Assembly: GCF_009914755.1 (NCBI RefSeq)
Contig: NC_060925.1
Length of the DNA stretch: 64,000 nt
Source: the human T2T-CHM13v2.0 reference genome, Homo sapiens
Direction: 5' to 3' (one strand)
Positions 58,260 to 64,000 of the stretch are shown in pieces. The position numbers were made by a program, and so were the translations under genes. The notes beneath the pieces were generated by a model. That model made no database searches. It was not told the origin of the DNA and saw nothing but the letters and a program-made list of their open reading frames with translations. The stretch's first letter is position 1. Each line of letters starts with the position of its first letter.

Positions 58260-64000
<5,741 letters not shown>

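Overview
Primate (human-like) genomic DNA. The first ~23.6 kb holds the last six coding exons and the 3' UTR of MAP3K21 (MLK4/KIAA1804) on the + strand. I assembled the exons by hand at GT-AG boundaries into one continuous frame: leucine zipper/basic region, CRIB motif, Ser/Pro-rich tail, stop at 21076-21078. Read-through of the donor at 10527 gives a 12-aa alternative C-terminus whose length matches the short MLK4alpha isoform. The remaining ~40 kb is intergenic and dominated by repeats: Alu, L1, MaLR/ERV solo LTRs including an LTR12, and hAT/Tigger DNA transposon fossils. I found no convincing novel gene system. The most notable unexplained structures are a 70-bp locally templated insertion inside an L1, a ~110-bp dispersed duplication split by an LTR12, and frame-symmetric exon blocks flanked by inverted Alus. 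Repeat boundaries and subfamily names come from recognising the sequence, not from RepeatMasker, so they are approximate.
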